Positions 8,492 to 16,631 of a DNA stretch of 64,000 nucleotides are shown piece after piece. The stretch comes from Acidobacteriota bacterium. Lineage in GTDB: Bacteria; Acidobacteriota; UBA890; WLXD01. A program made the translations under genes and the position numbers. The notes below the pieces were generated by a model that was not told where the DNA came from, made no database searches, and saw nothing but the letters and a program-made list of their open reading frames with translations. Numbering within the stretch: the stretch's first letter is position 1; the number at the start of each line of letters is the position of its first letter. The stretch lies in the NCBI GenBank assembly GCA_029263295.1, contig JAJCXT010000053.1, forward strand, positions 3,889 through 67,888, in the 5' to 3' direction.

Positions 8492-9562
8492 TCAGCGGGT
8501 GGGCAGAATCGCCGTATCCAGTCGGTTGAGGCGTTCGCCCCCGCTTTCGGTCACCAGGACCATGTCCTCCAGCCGAATGCCGCCTCTCCCGGGCAGATAG
8601 ACCCCCGGCTCGACGGTGACCACCATGCCAGCAGCGAGCACGTCGTCGGAGCGCGCCGACAGCCGTGGAGCCTCGTGCACTTCGAGTCCGACGCCATGTC
8701 CCAGGCTGTGGCTGAAGTGCTCCGCGAGCCCATTCTGGGTCAGCACCTCACGAGCCGCACGATCCACGTCGCTCGCCGCGGCCCCAGGTCGGATGGCCGA
8801 CACGCCCGCGACGCGCGCCGCGTCCACGGCGGCGTGAATCTCCTGCCACTCATCATCGATGGCGTCGCCAACGACAAGAGCACGGGTGATATCGCTGCAG
8901 TACCCATCCACAACACAGCCGAAGTCGACAACCATCAAGTCGCCTTGGACCAGTGCGGCACGGCCCGGTCGGGCATGCGGCAGGGCCCCGTGCGCACCGG
9001 CAGCCACGATGGTGTCGAATGCCATGGCGGTCGCGCTGCGGGTGCGGCACTCGTAGTCGAGACGGGCGGCCACCTGCAGTTCGGTCATACCCGCACAGAC
9101 CTCCGCCGCAACGTCGCACAGCACCGCCTCGGCTAGCCCCAGAGCGCGCCGAATCGCATCGACCTCCGCAGGCTCTTTGGCGCTACGAACCGCCGCAACC
9201 ACACCCTCCACGTCTACCCATTCGAGGGAGCTCTCGTGCGTCAGTTTCTGCCAAGTTGCGTGGCTGGTGCAGGTGGGATCGAAGCCGACGCGCTTGATGC
9301 CGGTGGGAACATGCGGTCGGAGCGCCGTCGACAGCGCCCCTTTGGCGACAACCGCGGTGTACTCCGGTGCCTCCAGGGCGGCCTGCTCTCTGTAGCGGGA
9401 ATCTGTCAGCAGAAGTCGCGAACCGGCGCCTACGAGGAGCCAGCCGTTACTGCCCGTGAAGCCACTGAGATAGCGGACATCGGCAGGAGCGGTAACGAGC
9501 AGGGCGTCCAGACCAAGAAGTCTGGTGCCCTGCTCGACCTTGTCCAGTCGCTGGCTGTCGAT
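8492..9562 (-). CDS. pepP: Xaa-Pro aminopeptidase / M24B family peptidase
   Basis: Track ORF 8492..9211 (GTG start) holds only the catalytic pita-bread domain (DFGCVVDGYCSDITR, HSLGHGVGLEVHE, VEPGVYLPGRGGIRLED). My translation upstream in the same frame is open to 9619. It reads ..TAIDSQRLDKVEQGTRLLGLDALLVTAPADVRYLSGFTGSNGWLLVGAGSRLLLTDSRY.., a clear creatinase/prolidase N-domain. No ATG, GTG or TTG occurs in that stretch. The start is provisionally placed at ATC 9562, with CTG 9547 or ATT 9595 as alternatives. Confidence 0.75.
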   Translation of the reverse strand: MDSQRLDKVEQGTRLLGLDALLVTAPADVRYLSGFTGSNGWLLVGAGSRLLLTDSRYREQAALEAPEYTAVVAKGALSTALRPHVPTGIKRVGFDPTCTSHATWQKLTHESSLEWVDVEGVVAAVRSAKEPAEVDAIRRALGLAEAVLCDVAAEVCAGMTELQVAARLDYECRTRSATAMAFDTIVAAGAHGALPHARPGRAALVQGDLMVVDFGCVVDGYCSDITRALVVGDAIDDEWQEIHAAVDAARVAGVSAIRPGAAASDVDRAAREVLTQNGLAEHFSHSLGHGVGLEVHEAPRLSARSDDVLAAGMVVTVEPGVYLPGRGGIRLEDMVLVTESGGERLNRLDTAILPTR

Positions 9563-9581
9563 GGCTGTGTGCCGCGTGGAG

Positions 9582-10790
9582 CTAGATGGTCGAATAGACG
9601 ATCTGGTTGGATCGACCGATCACCTCGCCCGTGGCTGGATCCAAGGCTTCAGCCTCGATCACCACAACCGCACCCGAATCGTGGGTGATGATGGCGTTGA
9701 AGGCCAGTCCTAGGGAGTCTGTGGCGCTCGAGCTCGAATTGGCCAGCTCAGCGCGGTCGAAGAGTGACGTGTCGGTAGTGTCGCTGACGATGCGGAATCG
9801 GACAGGAACACCTACCAGGACCGCACCATTGCGTTCGCTGAACACCCTTGCGGTCATACCAGTCGGCAAATCGACCGTACCAGTGCCCGTCGTGGACCCG
9901 TCGTCCAGCGTCAAGGAAACTGACGTCTGCGCCTGGATCTCCGTGGTGATCATGGTGATCGGCCCGGACTCCGCGATCAGGTCACCGGTCAAGGGGTCGA
10001 GTAGACGGGCGCTAACCACGACCTCGCCGACTCCATTGACGAACAGAGTGTTGTAAGCCTCGCCGGACGAGTTGGTCAGCGATTTCGGCGGGGCGCCGAG
10101 GTACGCGGTTCCCTGCCCGGAGCTGGCCGTAGTATCGCGGCCGATCCTGAAACGAATCTCCATGCCGCCGATAACCGTGCCGGTGGTGTCACGCGCCGTA
10201 CCGACGATAAGCGCGTTCGTCGGTGCGGTGGTGACCACGTTGGGGAGATCCCCGCCCGCGATACGGAATGTGATGTCGACGGAGCCTTCCAAGGCAACGC
10301 GCTCGAAGTCAATCGTCACGCGGCTCGCGACGTCCGCGATCCATGCGGTGACCTCTGCTGTGCCCGCTGAACTACTGCGCACGGCAACCACGGCCACACC
10401 TTCGAAGGTGGTCACGGGCGTGCTGGCCCCGGCCGTCGTGGGGTCCGCGCCGCTGGCGCGAACACTGCCGAGGTTCGTTGCGAAGTTGACGGCAATGCCG
10501 TTGGCGATGGGATTGCCCGACGTGTCGACCGCGCTCGCTCTCACGAGAACGTCCGTTGTCCCATCCGCCGGAACGCTGCCCCCCTGGCCAGCAAGGCTGA
10601 TAACGCCACTGAATGTCCCGCTGGTGTTCGGGGTGGTGCCCGTCAGGGAATTATTGGGACCTGCCGGATCGCTGAGGCCAGAACAGCTCACGAGAACCAG
10701 CAGCAGGAAGACTACGCTCGCGGCTGCTGACCCGCGGCCGGATCGCCCAGTTAGTCGAGAAAGTGTCGATTGACGCATGGCCTTCCTCAA
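9582..10790 (-). CDS. lipoprotein with about 3 bacterial Ig-like (Big/invasin-type) repeats
   Basis: 402 aa with a signal peptide and lipobox LLVLVS-C-SG. The first module (ADGTTDVLVRASAVDTSGNPIANGIAVNFATNLG...GVAVVAVRSSSAGTAEVTAWI) looks Big_1-like. Two further modules share [IV]RFRI..DTT and VV[VI].A..LDP.TG..I. The start overlaps the stop of the upstream lipoprotein gene by 4 nt. Confidence 0.6.
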   Translation of the reverse strand: MRKAMRQSTLSRLTGRSGRGSAAASVVFLLLVLVSCSGLSDPAGPNNSLTGTTPNTSGTFSGVISLAGQGGSVPADGTTDVLVRASAVDTSGNPIANGIAVNFATNLGSVRASGADPTTAGASTPVTTFEGVAVVAVRSSSAGTAEVTAWIADVASRVTIDFERVALEGSVDITFRIAGGDLPNVVTTAPTNALIVGTARDTTGTVIGGMEIRFRIGRDTTASSGQGTAYLGAPPKSLTNSSGEAYNTLFVNGVGEVVVSARLLDPLTGDLIAESGPITMITTEIQAQTSVSLTLDDGSTTGTGTVDLPTGMTARVFSERNGAVLVGVPVRFRIVSDTTDTSLFDRAELANSSSSATDSLGLAFNAIITHDSGAVVVIEAEALDPATGEVIGRSNQIVYSTI

Positions 10791-11434
10791 TTGGAGCCCC
10801 CTTGACGACCGCCGGCACCGCGACCGGCGCCCTCGTCACCCGCGTAGTTGGCGAATTGAATGGTGATCGCACCCTGCACGGCGACCTGATCGCCCGCGAC
10901 AGTGTGACCAAAGAAGCGCAGGGTGGCGTCGACGGTGACCGTCGGGAAGCCGGTGTCGGGCTCGAAACCCGGTGAGATCAGATGAGAAAGGGGCGGCTGC
11001 AACTTCTGTGATGCGGGCACCAGGGTGATCGTGACGGTCGTAGTGCGTTCCGTGACCACTCCATTGGGAGTGACCTGCACTTTGGCGACCAGTGCGCGCT
11101 GCATCCCAGCAGGTAGCCTTTCGCCTCCGTCCGTGCGGGCGTACGTCACTTCGTAGCGCTCGATCACGATCTCTTGCAACTCCGGCGCGGTGGTGTTGTT
11201 GGAGCTCTTGAGGCGGGCAACGAAGGAAGCCACGACCGGAGTGTCGGAGACCGTACCGTCATCGTTGACGACATCGCCGAAATTCCCTCCAACCGCGGAG
11301 AGACTCGTCAGGATCAACGAGACCGGGGCAACGGTGTTGTCAATATCGCCCGGCGCCTTGCAGCCGGCCAGGAGGGTCAGGACAAGCAGGACACCAACTG
11401 TGGATATCCCGCGCATCACGTTGGGGGTACGCAT
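10787..11434 (-). CDS. lipoprotein of unknown function, coupled to pilQ
   Basis: 215 aa with lipobox LTLLAG-C-K, a beta-rich body and a Gly/Arg-rich tail (GDEGAGRGAGGRQGGSN). The ATG lies 2 nt after the pilQ stop. I recognise no family. Confidence 0.5.
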   Translation of the reverse strand: MRTPNVMRGISTVGVLLVLTLLAGCKAPGDIDNTVAPVSLILTSLSAVGGNFGDVVNDDGTVSDTPVVASFVARLKSSNNTTAPELQEIVIERYEVTYARTDGGERLPAGMQRALVAKVQVTPNGVVTERTTTVTITLVPASQKLQPPLSHLISPGFEPDTGFPTVTVDATLRFFGHTVAGDQVAVQGAITIQFANYAGDEGAGRGAGGRQGGSN

Positions 11435-11436
11435 GG

Positions 11437-12930
11437 TTATTGCTCCAGGATCCTTGGCGTGATGAAGATCAGCAACTCGTTGTTCTGCTGCGCGGTGTCG
11501 CGACTCTTGAAGAGGTTCCCGAGAAGGGGAACGCGGTGCAGGAACGGCACCCTCCGTTCGTCCTCGGTGGCCGACATCTGGAAGATGCCACCGATGACTG
11601 TGGTGCCGCCGTCGCGGACGAGAAGCTTGGTCACCGCCCGACGAGTGAAGATCGTGGGAATACCGAGCACCTGGTTGCCGAAGTCCGGCTCGCTCTTGTC
11701 GACCACGATATCCAGCATCACCGTGTGATCGGCGGTGATCTGAGGCGTGACGGCGAGCGACAGGTTGGCGTTAATGAACGTGATGGATGCGGTGTTGTCG
11801 ATCAGCGTCTGCACCGGGATGCGACGGCCACTCTCGATCGAGGCCGGGACATTGTCCTGGGCCGTGACTTTCGGTGAAGAAATGATCTTGCCTCGCCCTT
11901 CCTCCTCCATCGCCGTCAGGGCCACATCGAGGCGGAACGTGTCGAGAATGCTACCCATTGTCAGTGCCACGCCAGCCGTCGGGTTGGTGGCCGGCAGGTT
12001 CACCGCGAAGGGCACGCCGCTGATGCCGCTGGGCTGGGGCCCCGTTCCCGCGTTCGTGTTCCCGACAATGCCTACGTCGTTGGGAAAGACGAGGCCCGTT
12101 GTATTGCCGTGCGCCGCATCGGCAACTGCGCCGAAGCCCCACTGAATTCCCAGCGAACGGCTGAAGTTCTTCGTAGTCTCGACTATCCGAGATTCGATGA
12201 GCACCTGCGGCGCCGCGATATCGAGCGCGGCAATAAGCTCGTTGATCTCGCTGAGCGCCGCCGGCGTGTCTTTGATGATGAGGGAGTTCGTGCGGACATC
12301 GACGATCACCTCGCCACGCTGCGACAGCTGCGGTTCCACCACCGGCTGCAGCTCCGTGGCATCGGCATAGGAGAGCCGAACCGCGGTCGTCTCGAGCGGC
12401 GTGGCGAGCTCACGTTGCTCCGCCAGCAGGGCGCGGTCACCGGCTTCAGCAGCCAGGGTGCCCAGCGACGCGACGCGCACGATGTTGTCGTCCACCTGGT
12501 AGCCGAAGCGATGCGACTTCAGGATCGCCTCGAAGGCGACGTCCCAGGGGACGTCGAACAGGCGCACAGTGACAGGCCCCGCAAGGTCGGGGTCGACGAC
12601 GACGTTCAGACCGGTCAACTGCGAGAAGAACCGTGAGACGTCGCGGATGTCCGTGCCGACGAAGTTGATGTCGATCGGGTAACCGGTGAGGTCAGCCGAA
12701 CGCAGAATGTCCGACTCCAGGGGAAGCTGCCCTGCCGCGATACGCTCGTCCTGCAAAGCTGCGACAGGACCCGGGATTCCTGACTGCGCCGCCGACTGGG
12801 AGTCCTGTTGCCAGGCCCCTGCCAGCCCCGGCAGCGCGAACAGCATGAGCGCAGACACGACCAGCCGCCGTCCAACTGGGAGCACGCGCGGCGACATCTT
12901 CTGAAGCTGATGTTCTGGTTCTGGGATCAT
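11437..12930 (-). CDS. pilQ: type IV pilus secretin PilQ
   Basis: 497 aa. The secretin N-domains (..VRLFDVPWDVAFEAILKSHRFGYQVDDNIVRVASL..) and the C-terminal secretin core (GGTTVIGGIFQ...VPFLHRVPLLGNLFKSR...ELLIFITPRIL) are present. It is the last gene of pilMNOPQ. Confidence 0.9.
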   Translation of the reverse strand: MIPEPEHQLQKMSPRVLPVGRRLVVSALMLFALPGLAGAWQQDSQSAAQSGIPGPVAALQDERIAAGQLPLESDILRSADLTGYPIDINFVGTDIRDVSRFFSQLTGLNVVVDPDLAGPVTVRLFDVPWDVAFEAILKSHRFGYQVDDNIVRVASLGTLAAEAGDRALLAEQRELATPLETTAVRLSYADATELQPVVEPQLSQRGEVIVDVRTNSLIIKDTPAALSEINELIAALDIAAPQVLIESRIVETTKNFSRSLGIQWGFGAVADAAHGNTTGLVFPNDVGIVGNTNAGTGPQPSGISGVPFAVNLPATNPTAGVALTMGSILDTFRLDVALTAMEEEGRGKIISSPKVTAQDNVPASIESGRRIPVQTLIDNTASITFINANLSLAVTPQITADHTVMLDIVVDKSEPDFGNQVLGIPTIFTRRAVTKLLVRDGGTTVIGGIFQMSATEDERRVPFLHRVPLLGNLFKSRDTAQQNNELLIFITPRILEQ

Positions 12931-12936
12931 TCGCTA

Positions 12937-13587
12937 TTACTCTTGGTTGCCGGTTACCAAACGCTTTGAAACTCGCCGCGTGCTGCGGGCGCCGAGAAGG
13001 TCCTCTACTTCCTGCTCGAAGATCACTTCGTCGCCCGAAATCTCGACCACACGCCCGTCGTACAGTGCGGCTCCGACCTCGATGAAGTAGCTGCGCTGAT
13101 CGAGGCCGACGATCATTGCCTGCCAGCGCCCCTGGTAGCTCGCTGTCGCGGCAACCTTGATCTCGTTGATCAGAAAGCCCGCGAGGCCAGCCGGCCGCAA
13201 CTCGGGCGCCTCGATTTCGCGGCGCCGGGCCGCAAGGAGACTGCGGAACGGGTCACGACGGCCGCCGGGCTGATACACGAAGTTCTGGCCCGACAACAGC
13301 AGTCGCTGCTCGGCGAGGATCTCCTCCACCAGGCGCAACGCGGCCTCCTGCTCATCCGTAGTATCGATATTGATCGTGGGCAGCGTGGAAGGATCGACGA
13401 CACCGGCATCGCGTTCGTCCGCCTGCTCGGCCTCCACCTGGCCGACTTCAGCCGCTGCCTCTGTTGCCTGAATCGGATCCTGGGCTACGGCCACGGAAGC
13501 GCTCGCCTGCGCGCCGTACGCAACGGCACCAATGCCGATAGCCGAGACAGAAACGAGGAACATGAGCAGCGGACCTGAAACTCTCAT
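12937..13587 (-). CDS. pilP: pilus assembly protein PilP-like
   Basis: 216 aa with a signal peptide, an acidic linker and a C-terminal beta-domain (..GGRRDPFRSLL....LINEIKVAATASYQGRWQAMIVG..YFIEVGAALYDGRVVEISGDEVIFEQ). Positioned between pilO and pilQ. ATGA overlap with pilO. Confidence 0.65.
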   Translation of the reverse strand: MRVSGPLLMFLVSVSAIGIGAVAYGAQASASVAVAQDPIQATEAAAEVGQVEAEQADERDAGVVDPSTLPTINIDTTDEQEAALRLVEEILAEQRLLLSGQNFVYQPGGRRDPFRSLLAARRREIEAPELRPAGLAGFLINEIKVAATASYQGRWQAMIVGLDQRSYFIEVGAALYDGRVVEISGDEVIFEQEVEDLLGARSTRRVSKRLVTGNQE

Positions 13588-14183
13588 TGGCGCAACAAGT
13601 CCTCGAGATCGTCGCCGAGCTCGTCGGTTCCATCATCGATGAACGTGAACGTCATGGCCGTGACCGTGGCGGACACTGTCGCCGTGTCACCGGCATTCGC
13701 CGCGATATCAACTTCGTCGATATTGATGATGCGCGAGAACTTGCCGATGCGATCAAAGAAGCGGGCGAGATCGTGGTAGGTGCCCACCAACTCCAGCTCG
13801 ATCGGAGACTCGGCATAGAACTCGTAGGGCACCGCGTCGCGAAAGGCGAGTTCGCGGAGCCCGAGGTTCGACTGCGCCGCGATCGTCCCCAGGCCGCGCA
13901 ACAACTCCGCCGTCTCGAAGTCCTCAGGAAGGATGTGGGAAAGAATCTCGAGTCGTTCGTCCAGCGACCGCATCTCTTCGCGCAGCTCTGGCAGGTTGAC
14001 CGCCACCGCCTGCATCTCCTGGACCTCAGTGCGCAGCGTGGCGATCTGGTTGCTGAGCTGGCGCGTCTGCGCGGCGCTGGGCCGCCAGAACTGCACGTAG
14101 TAGATACCCGTCAGGACGATGCACAGGACAGCGCTCACGAGCCACTGCTGTTTCGGAGGAAGCTCACTCAACGACTTCGCCAT
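13584..14183 (-). CDS. pilO: type IV pilus assembly protein PilO
   Basis: 199 aa with one TM, a coiled coil and a C-terminal ferredoxin-like domain (IELELVGTYHDLARFFDRIGKFSRIINI). TGATG overlap with pilN. Confidence 0.8.
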   Translation of the reverse strand: MAKSLSELPPKQQWLVSAVLCIVLTGIYYVQFWRPSAAQTRQLSNQIATLRTEVQEMQAVAVNLPELREEMRSLDERLEILSHILPEDFETAELLRGLGTIAAQSNLGLRELAFRDAVPYEFYAESPIELELVGTYHDLARFFDRIGKFSRIINIDEVDIAANAGDTATVSATVTAMTFTFIDDGTDELGDDLEDLLRQ

Positions 14184-14791
14184 CAGGACCCTCCCCCGCC
14201 GGCCGCCGGCGTTTCAGACATGGCCGCCGCCATCGTCGGGCGGAAGTCGAGCGAGATATAGAAATTCTGAGCGTCCCCGCTGTCACCGAGCGACCGCAGC
14301 CGCACACCCTGGAAGTACTCGGAACCCTCGAGGTTCGTGACGAAATCGGCGACGTTGTTCTCCGACATGGCCGATCCGTTGATCTCGACGGACGCCTCAT
14401 CGAGCTGCAGCCGGGTCAGCCAAACACCATCAACCATCAGTCGACTGACCTGGTCCAGCAACATCACCGGCCCGGTCTGGTTCGCCTTCAGATCGACGAT
14501 CACCTGCATCTTTCGCTGCATCAGATCCGCACGGTCCTGCAGCTGCGCAACCTGATCGGCGATCTCTTGCAGGCGCGCTCGTTCCGCCTGGATGCCGGCA
14601 AGTTCCATGCGCAGCTCAGTGAGACCCTGGCTCTGCATGAACCATGCCGTCCCGATGCCACCGAGCACGACGACGAAGAGCGCCGCCATCCCGGCCTGTG
14701 TCATGCCGAGGCTGACATCCGGCATGCGCAGCGAGCGCAGTCCCTTGCTCTGCTTTTCAGCGTCACCGCCCAGCAGATTGATGCGAATCAT
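14183..14791 (-). CDS. pilN: type IV pilus assembly protein PilN
   Basis: 202 aa. N-terminal MIRINLL (the PilM-binding motif), one TM and a coiled coil. Confidence 0.8.
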   Translation of the reverse strand: MIRINLLGGDAEKQSKGLRSLRMPDVSLGMTQAGMAALFVVVLGGIGTAWFMQSQGLTELRMELAGIQAERARLQEIADQVAQLQDRADLMQRKMQVIVDLKANQTGPVMLLDQVSRLMVDGVWLTRLQLDEASVEINGSAMSENNVADFVTNLEGSEYFQGVRLRSLGDSGDAQNFYISLDFRPTMAAAMSETPAAGGGGS

Positions 14792-14798
14792 CGGCGCA

Positions 14799-15941
14799 TC
14801 ACTCCATCACCCCGCGCAGTGCCAACCCCAGGGCCACTGTCGACTCTGGAGCGCTGTCGCGGATGTATTCAGGATCGAACATCCCTTCGGGGATATGGAC
14901 CCGACGCAAGGGATCGAAGATCTCCACTGGCCATCCCATTCGGTTCTGCAGGCGTTCGGCCAGGTCCGTGATGTGAGCACCGCCGCCGGCCAGAAACACG
15001 GCATCGAAATGCTCGCGCATGGCCTGTGCCTGGTAGAAGTCGAACGTCTTGCTGATCTCGCCGATGATCCGATCCGAGACCTGCCCGATCACCTCCAACA
15101 CCCGCGGATCGGTAGCCGCGTCCTGCAGGTCCGCGCCCTCTTCTCCGTCTTCGGACCACTCGGTCAGGCTGTGATCCTGGGCCGAACCGTCGTCGGCAGC
15201 GGCGTTACGACTGACCCGGCGCAATACCTCTTCGGCGTCGAAGGCGTCCAGCATGAACTGTCGCTGCAAGGCCACCACGTACTGCTGCATGCCGATCGCG
15301 ATGTCGCGCCAGAATGACGGATTCCCGCCTTCCAGTACCGCCATGTTGATAACGGAAGAGCCGAGGTTCAGGATCGCGACATCCTCAAACTGGCGCTCTG
15401 GATAGTTGAACTCGAAGGCGTTCTGCACGGCGAACGCGTCGATATCCATGATCGTCGCGGTACGCTTGGCCGCCTCGATGACCGCCACGTGCTCGTCGAC
15501 TCGCTCGCGCTTCGCGGCCACCAGCACGACGTCCATGCTGTCGGAGTCTTCGTCTTCGCCAAGTATCGCAAAGTCCAGGTCGACATCGTCGATGTCGAAC
15601 GGAATATGTTCGTCGGCCTCGTACGGCAGCGCTTCGCGCAATGCATCGGCATCCTGCCGTGGCATCGTGACGCGGCGCACGATCACCGCGTTGCCGGACA
15701 CTGAGGCGGCAACGAAGGGACTCTTGACCTTGTGCTGCTCGAGCAGCTCGCTGATCGTCTGGGTTACTGGTTCTTCGTTGGTGATCGCACCGTCGACGAT
15801 CGTCTCCTCCGGCAACTCAGCTACGCCGAAGTGAACCAACTCGAAGGGCATTTCACCCTTCGTCGGACGCAACGCGACCATCTTGATCGCATGCGACCCG
15901 ATATCCAGCCCAATAATTTGTCGGGTCCGGTTCAGGAACAT
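14799..15941 (-). CDS. pilM: type IV pilus assembly ATPase-fold protein PilM
   Basis: 380 aa, actin-like fold. IIGLDIGSHAIKMVAL...VAASVSGNAVIVRRVTMP..; first gene of the cluster. Confidence 0.9.
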   Translation of the reverse strand: MFLNRTRQIIGLDIGSHAIKMVALRPTKGEMPFELVHFGVAELPEETIVDGAITNEEPVTQTISELLEQHKVKSPFVAASVSGNAVIVRRVTMPRQDADALREALPYEADEHIPFDIDDVDLDFAILGEDEDSDSMDVVLVAAKRERVDEHVAVIEAAKRTATIMDIDAFAVQNAFEFNYPERQFEDVAILNLGSSVINMAVLEGGNPSFWRDIAIGMQQYVVALQRQFMLDAFDAEEVLRRVSRNAAADDGSAQDHSLTEWSEDGEEGADLQDAATDPRVLEVIGQVSDRIIGEISKTFDFYQAQAMREHFDAVFLAGGGAHITDLAERLQNRMGWPVEIFDPLRRVHIPEGMFDPEYIRDSAPESTVALGLALRGVME

Positions 15942-15988
15942 CTATTCCCACCCCAGTTCAGACCCGGCTTGCTTTCCGCCCGGCCCTA

Positions 15989-16018
15989 TTTGTACTGGTC
16001 TACAGCAGTCACTGTCAA
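15989..16018 (-). promoter_or_regulatory. candidate sigma70-type promoter for pilM operon
   Basis: On the minus strand there is a perfect TTGACA (16018-16013), an 18-nt spacer and TACAAA (15994-15989). This sits about 45 nt upstream of the pilM ATG, in the only AT-richer stretch of the 270-bp gap. Sequence match only. Confidence 0.3.
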
Positions 16019-16211
16019 GCGGTACCGGAAAAAAGTGCTCTCGAATGCGCAGACATGCGCAGAAGAAGACACCTCGACTTCGATGCGGACGACAGGGGAC
16101 GGCCGATCGCGCATGCCGTCATGCCTAGACGGCCACGGCCCCGGCTATGCCGGGGGTGGAGATAGGCGACGGGCTCTAGCAGTCCGTGGTCGAAGTCTGA
16201 CGGGCTGCTCG

Positions 16212-16604
16212 CTAGCGGTAGGCGACCGCCTCGATCTCGACGCGGACGCCCTTGGGCAGCCCGCTCACAGCCACTGTGGCGCGCGCCGGCGGGACTTCGC
16301 CGAAGTAGCGGCCATATACGTCATTGACGACGGCGAAGTCATCCATGCTCTGCAGAAAGACCGTGGTCTTGACGACCCGATCGAAGCCACTCCCCGCCTC
16401 CTCCAGAACCGCCTGAAGGTTCTTCATCACCTGCTCCACCTGCTCCTCGACCGCCCCGTCGAGCAGTTCCCCCGTGCTCGGCACGAGAGGGATCTGCCCG
16501 GCAAGGAACAGCAACTCTCGATCACCGAGCGGCAACGCGATGGCCTGAGAGTACGGCCCCAGTGCGGCAGGTGCGTGGTCAGTATGGATGGCACGGTGAG
16601 ACAT
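16212..16604 (-). CDS. ridA: RidA/YjgF family reactive intermediate deaminase
   Basis: 130 aa. APAALGPYSQAI....AGQIPL...G....G...Q..QV..NL..VLEEAG....VVKTTVFL..M.DF..VN.VY..YF....PAR..V.V..LPKGV.VEIE. Confidence 0.9.
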   Translation of the reverse strand: MSHRAIHTDHAPAALGPYSQAIALPLGDRELLFLAGQIPLVPSTGELLDGAVEEQVEQVMKNLQAVLEEAGSGFDRVVKTTVFLQSMDDFAVVNDVYGRYFGEVPPARATVAVSGLPKGVRVEIEAVAYR

Positions 16605-16631
16605 TAGGCAACCTCGGGGGTGGGTTTGCTG

